NCBI GenBank assembly: GCA_947491175.1 | Contig: CANLIF010000002.1 | Span: 1-33,494 of the forward strand | Direction: 5' to 3' | Source: Actinomycetota bacterium | GTDB taxonomy: Bacteria; Actinomycetota; Actinomycetes; S36-B12; UBA5976 | Length of the DNA: 33,494 bases | Shown here: one piece after another, positions 25,058 to 33,494 of the stretch | Layout of the letters: each line of letters opens with the position of its first letter | Numbering within the stretch: the first letter of the stretch is position 1 | Made by a program: the position numbers and the translations under genes | Notes under the pieces: model-generated | What the model was told of the DNA's origin: nothing | What the model saw: only the letters and a program-made list of their open reading frames with translations | Database searches by the model: none

Positions 25058-25813
25058 TTACATTCTTAAGTAAGAAGCGCCGTTGAAGTCGAGCACTGCG
25101 CCACTTGCCCAAAGTGAATCTTTGGATGCCAAGAAATAAATTGCTCTAGCTAATTCATCAGGTTCAGCCACTCGACCAAATGGACTTTGATTTCGGATGT
25201 CATTGCCAGTTGGACCATCCAGAAGTTCTGCTGCCATTTCAGTATCAACAAAACCTGGAGCTAACGTAGTTACGCCGATTCCTTCCGGAGCTAATGCTTT
25301 TGCAATTGATTGACCGAATGCAACAATTGCCGCTTTGCTAGCGCCATACGCTGGGCTAACTGGTTCCCCGCGGAAAGCACCACGAGATCCGACGTTAACA
25401 ATTCGGGAATCACCATGACGTGGCATGTATTGCAGTGCACACCAAGTGACATTTGCAGCTCCAGTTAAATTCACACCCAAAGTGTCTGACCAAGCTTTTT
25501 GCCAAACTTCGTAACTCGAGGATTCAATGGGATGATCAAAGAAAACACCAGCGTTGTTAATCAAAATGTCGATGTGACCAAACTCTTTTGCAACAGCATC
25601 GACCATAACTTTGATGGCATCAGCATCACGCAAATCCGCCTGAGTTGTCATGTGCCCCGAACCAGGCAGTGATGCCATTACTTCGGCGGCTAGGTCACCA
25701 TTTGAGCTGTAGTGCACTGCGATTCGATCACCTTGCTCAGCAAAATGCTTTGCAATGCTGGCTCCAATTCCACGCGAGCCTCCGGTCACTAATACTGTGC
25801 GTTGCTTAGTCAT
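25058..25813 (-). CDS. SDR-family oxidoreductase (FabG-like).
   Basis: VLVTGGSRGIGASIA, NNAG, and the catalytic YGASKAA. An AGGAG Shine-Dalgarno sequence lies 7 nt upstream. Confidence 0.85.
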   Translation of the reverse strand: MTKQRTVLVTGGSRGIGASIAKHFAEQGDRIAVHYSSNGDLAAEVMASLPGSGHMTTQADLRDADAIKVMVDAVAKEFGHIDILINNAGVFFDHPIESSSYEVWQKAWSDTLGVNLTGAANVTWCALQYMPRHGDSRIVNVGSRGAFRGEPVSPAYGASKAAIVAFGQSIAKALAPEGIGVTTLAPGFVDTEMAAELLDGPTGNDIRNQSPFGRVAEPDELARAIYFLASKDSLWASGAVLDFNGASYLRM

Positions 25814-25824
25814 TTCAATACTCC

Positions 25825-26868
25825 TTAGATGGTGGCAGTGTCAATTACGAAGCGGTAGCGAACGTCACTAGCGAGCACGCGGTCGTAAGCCTCGTTGATC
25901 GCGCTTGCTGGAATGATTTCGATGTCACTGACAATGTTGTGCTTGCCACAGAAATCAAGCATTTCTTGTGTCTCTTTAATGCTGCCAATGTTTGAGCCAG
26001 AAAGACTCAACTGACGACCCATCAGGATGCTGCCATCGAGCGAATATGGCTTACCTGGCGCACCAACGACAACGAGTGAACCCCACTGGCGAAGCGTTCC
26101 AATGTAGCGATGAATTTCAATTTCAGCCGACACGGTATTAATAATGATGTCAAAAGTGTTTGCAAGTTTCTTTAACTCTTCTTTGTCAGAAGTAACAACA
26201 AAACTTTGAGCTCCCATAGCTAACGCATCATCGCGTTTGCCTTCACTGTGGCTCATTACAGTAACTTCAGCACCCATAGCAACTGCAATCTTTACTGCCA
26301 TGTGTCCAAGTCCGCCGAGTCCCATGACAGCAACTTTTTTGCCAGGACCGGCATTCCAATGCCGAAGTGGTGAGAAAGTTGTAATTCCCGCGCATAACAA
26401 AGGCGCAGCACCGGCACGATCAAGATTTGCTGGCACATGTAATGCATAGTCAGCTTTGACTACAACATTCTTGGAGTAGCCACCGTAAGTAGGAGTAACG
26501 CCATCGCGCTCCGTACCGTTGTAGGTGTAAGCCGAATTATCCAGACACCAGTGATCGTTGCCAGCCAAGCAGTATTCGCAACTGCCACAGGAATCAACAA
26601 AGCAACCTACGCCAGCGACATCACCGATTTTGAATTTCGTAACATCTGATCCAATGGTGACAACTGTGCCCACGATTTCATGTCCAGGAACCATGGGGAA
26701 AATTGCTTCGCCCCACTCTTCTTTAACTTGATGAATATCAGAGTGACAAATTCCGGCAAACTCAATGTCAATTGAAATGTCATTTGCACCTACGTCACGG
26801 CGATCAAATTCCCACGGTTCAATTTTTCCGTTGGCAACCTGTGCTGCGTAACCTTTTGTTTTTGCCAT
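25825..26868 (-). CDS. Zn-dependent NAD(P) alcohol dehydrogenase (cinnamyl-alcohol dehydrogenase / YahK-like).
   Basis: GICHSDIH and GHEIVG are present. The structural-Zn cysteines are CGSCEYCLAGNDHWC. The Rossmann motif is GLGGLGH. Confidence 0.9.
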   Translation of the reverse strand: MAKTKGYAAQVANGKIEPWEFDRRDVGANDISIDIEFAGICHSDIHQVKEEWGEAIFPMVPGHEIVGTVVTIGSDVTKFKIGDVAGVGCFVDSCGSCEYCLAGNDHWCLDNSAYTYNGTERDGVTPTYGGYSKNVVVKADYALHVPANLDRAGAAPLLCAGITTFSPLRHWNAGPGKKVAVMGLGGLGHMAVKIAVAMGAEVTVMSHSEGKRDDALAMGAQSFVVTSDKEELKKLANTFDIIINTVSAEIEIHRYIGTLRQWGSLVVVGAPGKPYSLDGSILMGRQLSLSGSNIGSIKETQEMLDFCGKHNIVSDIEIIPASAINEAYDRVLASDVRYRFVIDTATI

Positions 26869-26920
26869 GTCTACTCCTTGTTATGCCTGAAAGCCTACTG
26901 AGTAAACAATTTCGCGCAGA

Positions 26921-27430
26921 CTAGAGGTCAACACCTTCGTGGATTAGTAACTTCGACTTTAAGTCCACGCCAAATCCGTAGTTGCCGATTGCGCCACCAG
27001 TTTTAACCACGCGGTGACACGGGACAATTGGCGCAATTAAGTTAGTTGCCATTGCCGTACCAGCGGCCCTTACAGCCAGTGGTCTACCGGCTTTCGCCGC
27101 AAGGTCCGCGTAACTAATGACAGTGCCAGCTTTAACTTTGCGTAAAGCCTTCCAGACATCTTGGGTGAATTCGCCACCTGGCTGCCGGACTTTTAAAGTT
27201 TTAAATGCGTTAAGGTCGCCATCAACCCATGACTTCACCACTGATGTAATACCGGCAAGTTTGGCATCAGATTTGAATTCCACAATGTTCAATTTGTGTC
27301 CAGACTGTTTCAAGAAGTTTGGGATGTCGCTGAATGCTGCGCCAATTACAATTGGCTCTATGGACGTATCCACAAAAGTTGCGATCGGTCCCCATGGAGT
27401 TTTGATTTCGTAGCCTAAGACTAAAGTCAT
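26921..27430 (-). CDS. ogt: Methylated-DNA--protein-cysteine methyltransferase.
   Basis: The active-site motif IVPCHRVV follows ISYADLAAKAGRP. Confidence 0.9.
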   Translation of the reverse strand: MTLVLGYEIKTPWGPIATFVDTSIEPIVIGAAFSDIPNFLKQSGHKLNIVEFKSDAKLAGITSVVKSWVDGDLNAFKTLKVRQPGGEFTQDVWKALRKVKAGTVISYADLAAKAGRPLAVRAAGTAMATNLIAPIVPCHRVVKTGGAIGNYGFGVDLKSKLLIHEGVDL

Positions 27431-27432
27431 GA

Positions 27433-27825
27433 TTACTGATCTTTACGTTCGATGAAGTCCCACTTGTTTCCGTACTTATCAGCAAACACAACCACCTTGC
27501 CAAATTCTTCTAGCCGTGGTTCTTCAGTGAACGAAACATTATGTTCTGCCATGTGGGTATAGTCCCGATCAAAGTTATCGGTGTACAAGAAAAACATCAC
27601 CCGACCCCCAGACTGATTACCTATCGCAGCGCTCTGCTCTGGTGATGCAGCTTGAGCGAGCAATAATGCAGCGCCGTGATTTGGATCTGGTGCAACAACA
27701 ACCCACCGCTTAGTTTCAGACATTTTGGTGTCTTCAATTAGCTTAAATCCAAGTGCAGTTGTGTAGTAATCGATCGCAGTGTTGTAATCATCTACTACAA
27801 CAGTAATCATTCCGAGGCGTGACAT
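27433..27825 (-). CDS. VOC / glyoxalase-bleomycin-resistance family protein.
   Basis: A 130-aa protein with the N-terminus ITVVVDDYNTAIDYYTTALGFKL, typical of VOC beta-alpha-beta-beta-beta modules. It abuts the upstream stop with no gap. Confidence 0.8.
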   Translation of the reverse strand: MSRLGMITVVVDDYNTAIDYYTTALGFKLIEDTKMSETKRWVVVAPDPNHGAALLLAQAASPEQSAAIGNQSGGRVMFFLYTDNFDRDYTHMAEHNVSFTEEPRLEEFGKVVVFADKYGNKWDFIERKDQ

Positions 27826-28974
27826 TTAGTCCTCGAGCACACTAGCCATACGGATCACGGCTTCTTTGATGATTTCTTTGCTAGTTGCCATATTTAAGCG
27901 AACAAAATCTTTGCCAACTCCACCAAATAGAGCTCCATTACCTAGAGCGACTCGGCCTTTATCTAAAAGCAGCTGGGTAACTTCGTCTTGGCCGTAAGCA
28001 CTTAAATCAATCCACGCTAAGTATGTGCCGTTCGGAACGGTGTACTTCGCTTTTGGCAAGTGCTTTTTTAGCAATTTAGCCAGGTAATGACGGTTCTCGT
28101 CAATATTTTTTAACACTGCCTTTAGCCATGGTTCACCTTGGTTATACGCAGCAATCCCGGCCCAAACTCCAAATAGTGAAGCTCGCTCAGACACTAAAAC
28201 TGGCAGTAAAGCCAATCGGTCATTTATCACAGAATTATCCGCAACAATGTGGGCGCACTTCAGGCTAGCCAGGTTCCACGCCTTACTTGCTGAAGTTATG
28301 CAAACTCCAGTTTCACGCGCAGCGTCACTGACATTTAAATAAGGAACAAATTTTGTCTCTTTGAAAATCAATGGTGCATGGATTTCATCACTGATAACCA
28401 AAACATTATATTTCTTAGCTAGCTCTGCGATTTTCTCTAACTCATCCAAGGTAAACACATGCCCTACTGGATTGTGTGGATGGCAAAGAATGTAAGCCTT
28501 GGCACCGGCAGCAAATGCATCCTCAAGACCAGCAAGGTCTAGCGCCCACGAGTCACCCAAGTGTTTTAGCGGTGCGTCAACCACTTCGCAGTTTGCTTCT
28601 TTGATCCAATTAAAGAAATTTAAATAGACCGGGGTATTGACTACAACTTTGTCACCAGGTTTCGTCCAAAGCCTCAAAACTTCAATACCTGCAACGCCAA
28701 CGTCAGTCGCTAAGTAAAACTGATCCTGGTTTACTGTCCAGTTCCAATTTCGCTTGGCAAAATTAGCAAATGCTCGGGGCAGTTCAGGGTCGAGAACTGA
28801 ATAGCCAGTGTCACTTCGCTTGACCATGTCAATCAAGACATCGCGGATCGGCTTTGCAATTGGAAAATCCATCTCGGCGACCGGCAGTGGCAAAACATCT
28901 TCTGGAAAACTTCGCCACTTCTCGCTGCGTCGGTTACGTAACTCACTTAAGGAATCTGCGGAAACTCTGGCCAT
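27826..28974 (-). CDS. PLP-dependent class I/II aminotransferase-fold C-S lyase (MalY/PatB-like cystathionine beta-lyase).
   Basis: The PLP lysine lies in SASKAWNLAS. PHNPVG is present. The size (382 aa) and the N-terminus (RRSEKW...LPLPVAEMDF) fit the PatB family. Confidence 0.8.
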   Translation of the reverse strand: MARVSADSLSELRNRRSEKWRSFPEDVLPLPVAEMDFPIAKPIRDVLIDMVKRSDTGYSVLDPELPRAFANFAKRNWNWTVNQDQFYLATDVGVAGIEVLRLWTKPGDKVVVNTPVYLNFFNWIKEANCEVVDAPLKHLGDSWALDLAGLEDAFAAGAKAYILCHPHNPVGHVFTLDELEKIAELAKKYNVLVISDEIHAPLIFKETKFVPYLNVSDAARETGVCITSASKAWNLASLKCAHIVADNSVINDRLALLPVLVSERASLFGVWAGIAAYNQGEPWLKAVLKNIDENRHYLAKLLKKHLPKAKYTVPNGTYLAWIDLSAYGQDEVTQLLLDKGRVALGNGALFGGVGKDFVRLNMATSKEIIKEAVIRMASVLED

Positions 28975-28993
28975 GTAGTCAGGCTAGCAATGC

Positions 28994-30037
28994 TTAGGGC
29001 TTAATGATGGTGATACCTGGCAATGGATTGGTTCCCAGGCCAGCAAGAGCGTCAGGAACTTGTTCCAAAGTGATCGTTCGTTCTACTAATGTGTCAGGGC
29101 GCAAGGTGCCATCCGCTATTTCACTTAACATCTGTGGGTAGTGCGCGGCAGACATGCCATGACTGCCCATGATTGATAACTCGCGACTGATAACGGTGTG
29201 CATTGGGATTGTTGCCTGATCCTTAACTTCTGCAGGAGGCAACAAACCAACCTGAACATGTCGTCCTAATCTTCGCAAAGATTCCACTGCAAGTTTGCTG
29301 GTTGCAATACTGCCGAGAGCATCAATAGTTAAGTCAGCACCAGCTGGTGCGTACCTTTTAATTTCTTTGACAACATCATCGTGAATTGAATCGAGCACGT
29401 AGTCTGCGCCGGCTAATCGTGCGCGATCCCGAGCTGGGTTTGAAGTATCAATTCCAACAACAGTGGCCCCGCGAGATTTCGCAATCATGATCGCAGCCAG
29501 CCCAATCCCTCCACAACCAAATACTGCAACGGTTTCACCCGCCTGGACTTTACCTACGTGCACAACAGCGCGATATGAAGTTGCAAAGCGGCAACCCAGC
29601 GCAGCAGCAGTTTCAAAACTCATCGAGTCAGGTAGCGCAACAACATTAAAGTCGGCATGTGGAATCCGAACGTATTCAGCAAACGATCCTGGACCATTAA
29701 ACCCTGGCTGCCATTGGTAGAGACAAACTTGCGCATTGCCAGCTTTGCAATCAATGCAATCACCACAGCCACAAACAAACGGAACTGTTACTCGGTCGCC
29801 AACTTTCCAGTTCTTAACATCAGCGCCGACTTCTGAAATCACGCCAGCAAACTCATGGCCCGGCACATGTGGCAGCTCAGTGATATCAGAATCGTGACCT
29901 TGCCAGCCATGCCAATCACTTCGGCATAGTCCGGTTGCCTCAACCTTGATAACCACGCCATGAGGCCTGGCAACTGGCATGTCCCGATCGGCTACATATA
30001 AGGGGCTGCCAAAGGCATCGAATTGGGCTACGCGCAT
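28994..30037 (-). CDS. Zn-dependent alcohol dehydrogenase family protein.
   Basis: [12 protein letters not shown] and GHEFAG are present. The structural-Zn cysteines are [17 protein letters not shown]. The Rossmann motif is GCGGIG. Confidence 0.9.
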   Translation of the reverse strand: MRVAQFDAFGSPLYVADRDMPVARPHGVVIKVEATGLCRSDWHGWQGHDSDITELPHVPGHEFAGVISEVGADVKNWKVGDRVTVPFVCGCGDCIDCKAGNAQVCLYQWQPGFNGPGSFAEYVRIPHADFNVVALPDSMSFETAAALGCRFATSYRAVVHVGKVQAGETVAVFGCGGIGLAAIMIAKSRGATVVGIDTSNPARDRARLAGADYVLDSIHDDVVKEIKRYAPAGADLTIDALGSIATSKLAVESLRRLGRHVQVGLLPPAEVKDQATIPMHTVISRELSIMGSHGMSAAHYPQMLSEIADGTLRPDTLVERTITLEQVPDALAGLGTNPLPGITIIKP

Positions 30038-30085
30038 GGAGTAATGGTATTCCAGCCTGGTTTATCCACAGAAATGGCCCTCAAT

Positions 30086-30113
30086 TTGCAAATAATCTCT
30101 TTCTGCGTATGCT
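30086..30113 (+). promoter_or_regulatory. Candidate dnaK promoter.
   Basis: TTGCAA at 30086-30091, a 16-nt spacer, then TATGCT at 30108-30113. It lies immediately upstream of the HAIR palindrome. Confidence 0.4.
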
Positions 30114-30120
30114 AAAAGGC

Positions 30121-30141
30121 ATTGAGTCAACCCGACTCAAT
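30121..30141. promoter_or_regulatory. HAIR (HspR-associated inverted repeat) operator.
   Basis: ATTGAGT-CAACCCG-ACTCAAT compared with the consensus CTTGAGT-N7-ACTCAAG. It matches 12 of 14 positions and is perfectly palindromic. It lies 76 nt upstream of the dnaK ATG. Confidence 0.75.
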
Positions 30142-30216
30142 GTATCTGATGCCAAGCGTTTCAGGTGCCGTGAGTCGGGTATGACTATAAGCGAAAACCC
30201 TTTCTTGGAGGAAAAA

Positions 30217-32040
30217 ATGGCTAAAGCCGTAGGTATCGACCTGGGAACCACTAACTCGGTGGTCTCAGTACTTGAAGGTGGAGAACCCACCGTCATTGCA
30301 AACGCAGAAGGCGCACGCACTACACCCAGTGTTGTCGCATTCGCAAAGAATGGTGAAGTCCTGGTTGGCGAAGTTGCCAAGCGTCAGGCTGTCACAAACG
30401 TAGACCGTACGATCCGTTCCGTTAAGCGTCACATGGGTGACACTTCTTGGAATGTCGATATCGACGGCAAGAAATACAACGCTCAGGAAATTTCGGCCCG
30501 TATTTTGCAAAAGCTAAAGCGCGATGCTGAGGCTTACCTTGGTGACACCGTAACTGATGCAGTAATTACTGTTCCGGCTTACTTCAATGATGCCCAGCGC
30601 CAAGCAACTAAGGATGCTGGCCAGATCGCGGGTCTGAATGTATTGCGCATTGTCAACGAGCCAACTGCAGCAGCGCTTGCATATGGTTTGGACAAGGGCG
30701 ACAAAGACCAAACAATTTTGGTATTCGATCTTGGTGGTGGCACGTTCGACGTTTCACTTCTTGAAATTGGCGAAGGCATCGTGGAAGTTAAAGCTACAAG
30801 TGGCGATAACAACCTCGGTGGCGATGACTGGGATCAGCGCGTAGTTGATCACTTAGTCACCCAGTTTAAAAATTCAAATGGTGTTGATTTGTCAGCAGAC
30901 AAAGTTGCATTGCAACGTCTGCGCGAAGCAGCGGAAAAAGCGAAGATTGAACTTTCTTCATCGCAATCAGCCGCAATCAACTTGCCTTACATCACAGCAT
31001 CTGATGCCGGTCCACTTCACCTTGACGAAACTCTGACTCGTGCAGATTTCCAAAAGATGACAGCGGATCTAATTGATCGGACTAAGACACCTTTCAACCA
31101 GGTAATCAAAGACGCCGGCGTTAAAGTTGCCGACATCGATCACGTAGTTCTTGTTGGCGGTTCAACTCGTATGCCAGCTGTAACCGATTTGGTTAAGGAA
31201 CTTACCGGTGGACGCGAACCTAACAAGGGCGTTAACCCTGACGAAGTAGTTGCCGTAGGCGCTGCGCTTCAGGCCGGCGTACTTAAGGGTGAAGTTAAGG
31301 ATGTTCTGCTACTTGATGTGACACCACTATCACTTGGTATCGAAACCAAGGGTGGTCTCATGACCAAGATGATCGAACGTAACACCACGATCCCAACAAA
31401 GCGCTCGGAGATCTTCACAACTGCTGAAGATAACCAGCCATCTGTTTTGATTCAGGTATTCCAAGGCGAGCGAGAAATGGCGGCTTACAACAAGAAGCTT
31501 GGAACTTTCGAGCTAACTGGCTTGCCACCAGCGCCACGCAACATTCCACAGATTGAAGTTGCCTTCGACATCGATGCCAACGGTATCGTGCACGTTTCAG
31601 CCAAGGATCTTGGAACTGGCAAAGAACAGTCCATGACTATCACGGGCGGTGGAGCTCTTTCTAAGGAAGAGATCGATCGCATGATGGCCGACGCAGAATC
31701 ACATGCTGAAGAAGATCGTCAGCGTCGCGAAGAAGCTGAAGTTCGTAACCAAGCGGAGTCATTGGTCTTCCAGACCGAGAAGTTCCTCGAGGAAAGCGGC
31801 GACAAAGTTCCAGCAGATGCCAAGGCAAATGTTGATGAACCGCTAGCTGAACTAAAGGCTGCTATTGCTGGCGACAACATCGAAGCCATCAAGGCTGCGG
31901 TGGAAAAGGTTGCAAGTGCATCTCAGGCTTTGGGTGCTGCGTTATACGCAAACACTCAAGGCGAGGATGGCGAAGCAACTGCCGAAGGCGATGACGACGT
32001 AGTCGATGCCGAAATCGTGGATGAGAACGAAAAGGTATGA
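30217..32040 (+). CDS. dnaK: Molecular chaperone DnaK (Hsp70).
   Basis: [15 protein letters not shown] follows a GGAGG Shine-Dalgarno sequence. DLGGGTFD and the rest of the protein are canonical. The track start at 30109 is rejected. Confidence 0.97.
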   Translation: MAKAVGIDLGTTNSVVSVLEGGEPTVIANAEGARTTPSVVAFAKNGEVLVGEVAKRQAVTNVDRTIRSVKRHMGDTSWNVDIDGKKYNAQEISARILQKLKRDAEAYLGDTVTDAVITVPAYFNDAQRQATKDAGQIAGLNVLRIVNEPTAAALAYGLDKGDKDQTILVFDLGGGTFDVSLLEIGEGIVEVKATSGDNNLGGDDWDQRVVDHLVTQFKNSNGVDLSADKVALQRLREAAEKAKIELSSSQSAAINLPYITASDAGPLHLDETLTRADFQKMTADLIDRTKTPFNQVIKDAGVKVADIDHVVLVGGSTRMPAVTDLVKELTGGREPNKGVNPDEVVAVGAALQAGVLKGEVKDVLLLDVTPLSLGIETKGGLMTKMIERNTTIPTKRSEIFTTAEDNQPSVLIQVFQGEREMAAYNKKLGTFELTGLPPAPRNIPQIEVAFDIDANGIVHVSAKDLGTGKEQSMTITGGGALSKEEIDRMMADAESHAEEDRQRREEAEVRNQAESLVFQTEKFLEESGDKVPADAKANVDEPLAELKAAIAGDNIEAIKAAVEKVASASQALGAALYANTQGEDGEATAEGDDDVVDAEIVDENEKV

Positions 32041-32609
32041 GTGACAACGACCCAGGCGTAAACCAGGCCGAGGGCGTAAAGATCACAGATAAGCGCAAGC
32101 TTGATCCAGAAACTGGAGCTCCTCGCGCATCAGATGCGCAGGAGGCTCCAGTTTCCGATCTTGATGTTGCAAGTGATCCAGTCGATCCAGTCGTGGAACT
32201 TACCGCCGACCTGCAACGTCTCCAAGCTGAGTTCGCTAACTATCGCAAGCGCGTAGAACGCGATCGTGAAACCACTCGCGACTTAGTTGTTTCAAACACG
32301 CTCACTGAATTGCTACCTGTAATTGATGACATCGGTCGCGCTCGTACCCATGGTGAACTCGAAGGTGCCTTCAAAAGTGTTGGTGAAGCGCTTGAGTCAA
32401 CAATTACTCGATTGGGCCTAAAGCCTTTTGGCGCTCCCGGTGATGCATTTGATCCAACTAAGCATGAGGCGATTTCGCATGAATATAGTGCGGAAGTTTC
32501 AACCTCAACTTGCATGAATGTTTTCCAACCAGGCTACGAATTCAATGGACGAATTATTCGTGCTGCGATAGTTAGTGTTGCAGACCCAGAAACTGCAAAC
32601 GCTGAATAA
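32037..32609 (+). CDS. grpE: Nucleotide exchange factor GrpE.
   Basis: The start forms an ATGA overlap with the dnaK stop. Motifs include [18 protein letters not shown] and a C-terminal beta domain. Confidence 0.95.
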   Translation: MSDNDPGVNQAEGVKITDKRKLDPETGAPRASDAQEAPVSDLDVASDPVDPVVELTADLQRLQAEFANYRKRVERDRETTRDLVVSNTLTELLPVIDDIGRARTHGELEGAFKSVGEALESTITRLGLKPFGAPGDAFDPTKHEAISHEYSAEVSTSTCMNVFQPGYEFNGRIIRAAIVSVADPETANAE

Positions 32610-32650
32610 CTAATTTCTAAAGCAACGTTAAGCACCGGAAAGGAGACGCT

Positions 32651-33494
32651 ATGAGTGCAAAAGACATGTACGAAAAGGATTACTACAAAATCCTTGGCGT
32701 CGCCAAAGATGCTGATGCGGCAACTATCAAAAAGGCTTACCGAAAGTTAGCTAAAGATCTGCACCCAGATACAAATGCTGGGGACAAAAAGATCGAAGAC
32801 AAATTCAAGGCCGTCAGCGAAGCCTATGACGTAGTTTCTGATCCAAAACGAAGAGCTGAATATGATGAAGCTCAACGTTATGGTGCTCGTGGACCAATGG
32901 GTGGCGGTCGCCGAACCCCTGGCGGACCAGGTGGATTCCCAGGTGGCAGAAATCCAAGTCCTGAAGATTTATTTGGCGGCGGAGATTTGTCAGATATTTT
33001 TGGTGGCCTTTTTGGCGGCGGTGGCCGTCAGCGCGGACCACGTAAAGGCGCCGACTTAGAAACTTCAGTGACGATAAGTTTCGAAGACTCAATTCATGGT
33101 GTGACAATGCCACTCCGATTAAGTACCGGCAACGTATCTGCGCGAATCCCAGCTGGCGTAAAGAATGATCAGCGTATTCGTCTCAAAGGTAAAGGCCAAG
33201 CTGGCGAACCGGGTGCGCCGGCTGGCGACTTGTTTATTAATGTTGCAGTCTCTTCGCACCCAGTATTTGGCCGCGATGGCGATAACTTAACCGTGATGGT
33301 TCCAATTCGTTTTGATGAGGCTGTCAATGGCGCCGACATTAAGGTTCCTGTCCTAGATGGACCAACAGTAACAATTCGGATTCCAGCAGGAACAAAAACT
33401 GGAGCGAAATTCCGAGCACGTGGCAAAGGCGTAGTTCGTCCAGAAAAATCTGGCGACTTAATCGTTTCTGTGGACATAGCAGTACCTAAAGACC
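32651..33494 (+). CDS. dnaJ: J-domain co-chaperone DnaJ, class B/CbpA-like in the visible part (no Cys-rich zinc-finger domain). The 3' end is beyond the window.
   Basis: This ORF is not in the ORF track because no stop lies in the window. My translation from the ATG at 32651 (AGGAGA Shine-Dalgarno) gives MSAKDMYEKDYYKILGV..AYRKLAKDLHPD (HPD motif). A Gly/Phe-rich linker follows, then DLETSVTISFEDSIHGVTMPLRLSTGNVSARIPAGVKNDQRIRLKGKGQAG with no CxxCxGxG repeats. Confidence 0.9.
   Translation, partial: MSAKDMYEKDYYKILGVAKDADAATIKKAYRKLAKDLHPDTNAGDKKIEDKFKAVSEAYDVVSDPKRRAEYDEAQRYGARGPMGGGRRTPGGPGGFPGGRNPSPEDLFGGGDLSDIFGGLFGGGGRQRGPRKGADLETSVTISFEDSIHGVTMPLRLSTGNVSARIPAGVKNDQRIRLKGKGQAGEPGAPAGDLFINVAVSSHPVFGRDGDNLTVMVPIRFDEAVNGADIKVPVLDGPTVTIRIPAGTKTGAKFRARGKGVVRPEKSGDLIVSVDIAVPKD

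Noticed and set aside
30169-30191. A second HAIR element (CGTGAGT-N8-ACTATAA) in the dnaK leader.
   Set aside because: The left half matches 6 of 7 positions, but the right half matches only 4 of 7 and the spacing is off. I kept it only as a note within the HAIR finding.
30109-30216. A 36-codon N-terminal extension of dnaK in the ORF track (start at 30109).
   Set aside because: The conserved Hsp70 N-terminus [14 protein letters not shown] begins at 30217, directly after a GGAGG Shine-Dalgarno sequence. The extension would also run through the HAIR operator and the leader.
1-33494. CRISPR arrays, IS elements or transposases, prophage genes, toxin-antitoxin pairs, or known defence-system signatures.
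   Set aside because: No tandem direct repeats with spacers, no terminal inverted repeats flanking a transposase-like ORF, and no nuclease, helicase, methylase or TIR/Sir2-type proteins were recognisable in any frame.

Overview
The window is a compact, almost fully coding stretch of chromosome with about 31 protein genes. The dnaK-grpE-dnaJ order behind an HspR-type inverted repeat, the heavy start/stop overlaps and the moderate GC content by eye suggest a streamlined actinobacterium (inference). I saw no CRISPR array, transposase, integrase or recognisable defence genes. Content from left to right:
- A lipoprotein alpha/beta-hydrolase, truncated at the left edge.
- An OYE/FadH/StcD-like flavoprotein.
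- A single tRNA with a perfect cloverleaf but an aberrant anticodon loop. It sits next to the only long non-coding gap (about 300 bp), which holds a second partial copy of that tRNA, a promoter-like element and an intrinsic terminator.
- A translationally coupled pair of membrane proteins.
- A short SDR, and an orphan A24 prepilin-peptidase-like protein.
- A coupled kinase plus acyl-CoA dehydrogenase pair (LvaA/LvaC or ACAD10/11 logic), divergent from a GntR/FCD regulator.
- A racemase-family, DadA and SDR operon, divergent from a complete E1alpha-E1beta-E2-E3 2-oxoacid dehydrogenase operon that ends with a HisD-family dehydrogenase.
- kup, a class-C-type serine hydrolase, and an MpaB/DUF2236 oxygenase.
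- A divergent ECF sigma factor and membrane-anchored protein pair.
- A six-gene same-strand block: Zn-ADH, PatB C-S lyase, VOC, Ogt, Zn-ADH and SDR.
- dnaK, grpE and dnaJ; dnaJ is truncated at the right edge and has no zinc-finger domain.

The items I would look at first are the tRNA locus with its candidate antisense small RNA (2821-3241), the putative amino-acid to 2-oxoacid to acyl-CoA catabolic supercluster (8895-18541), and the repeat-built polytopic membrane protein (3242-5397). All functional calls come from motifs read by eye. No database search was run.
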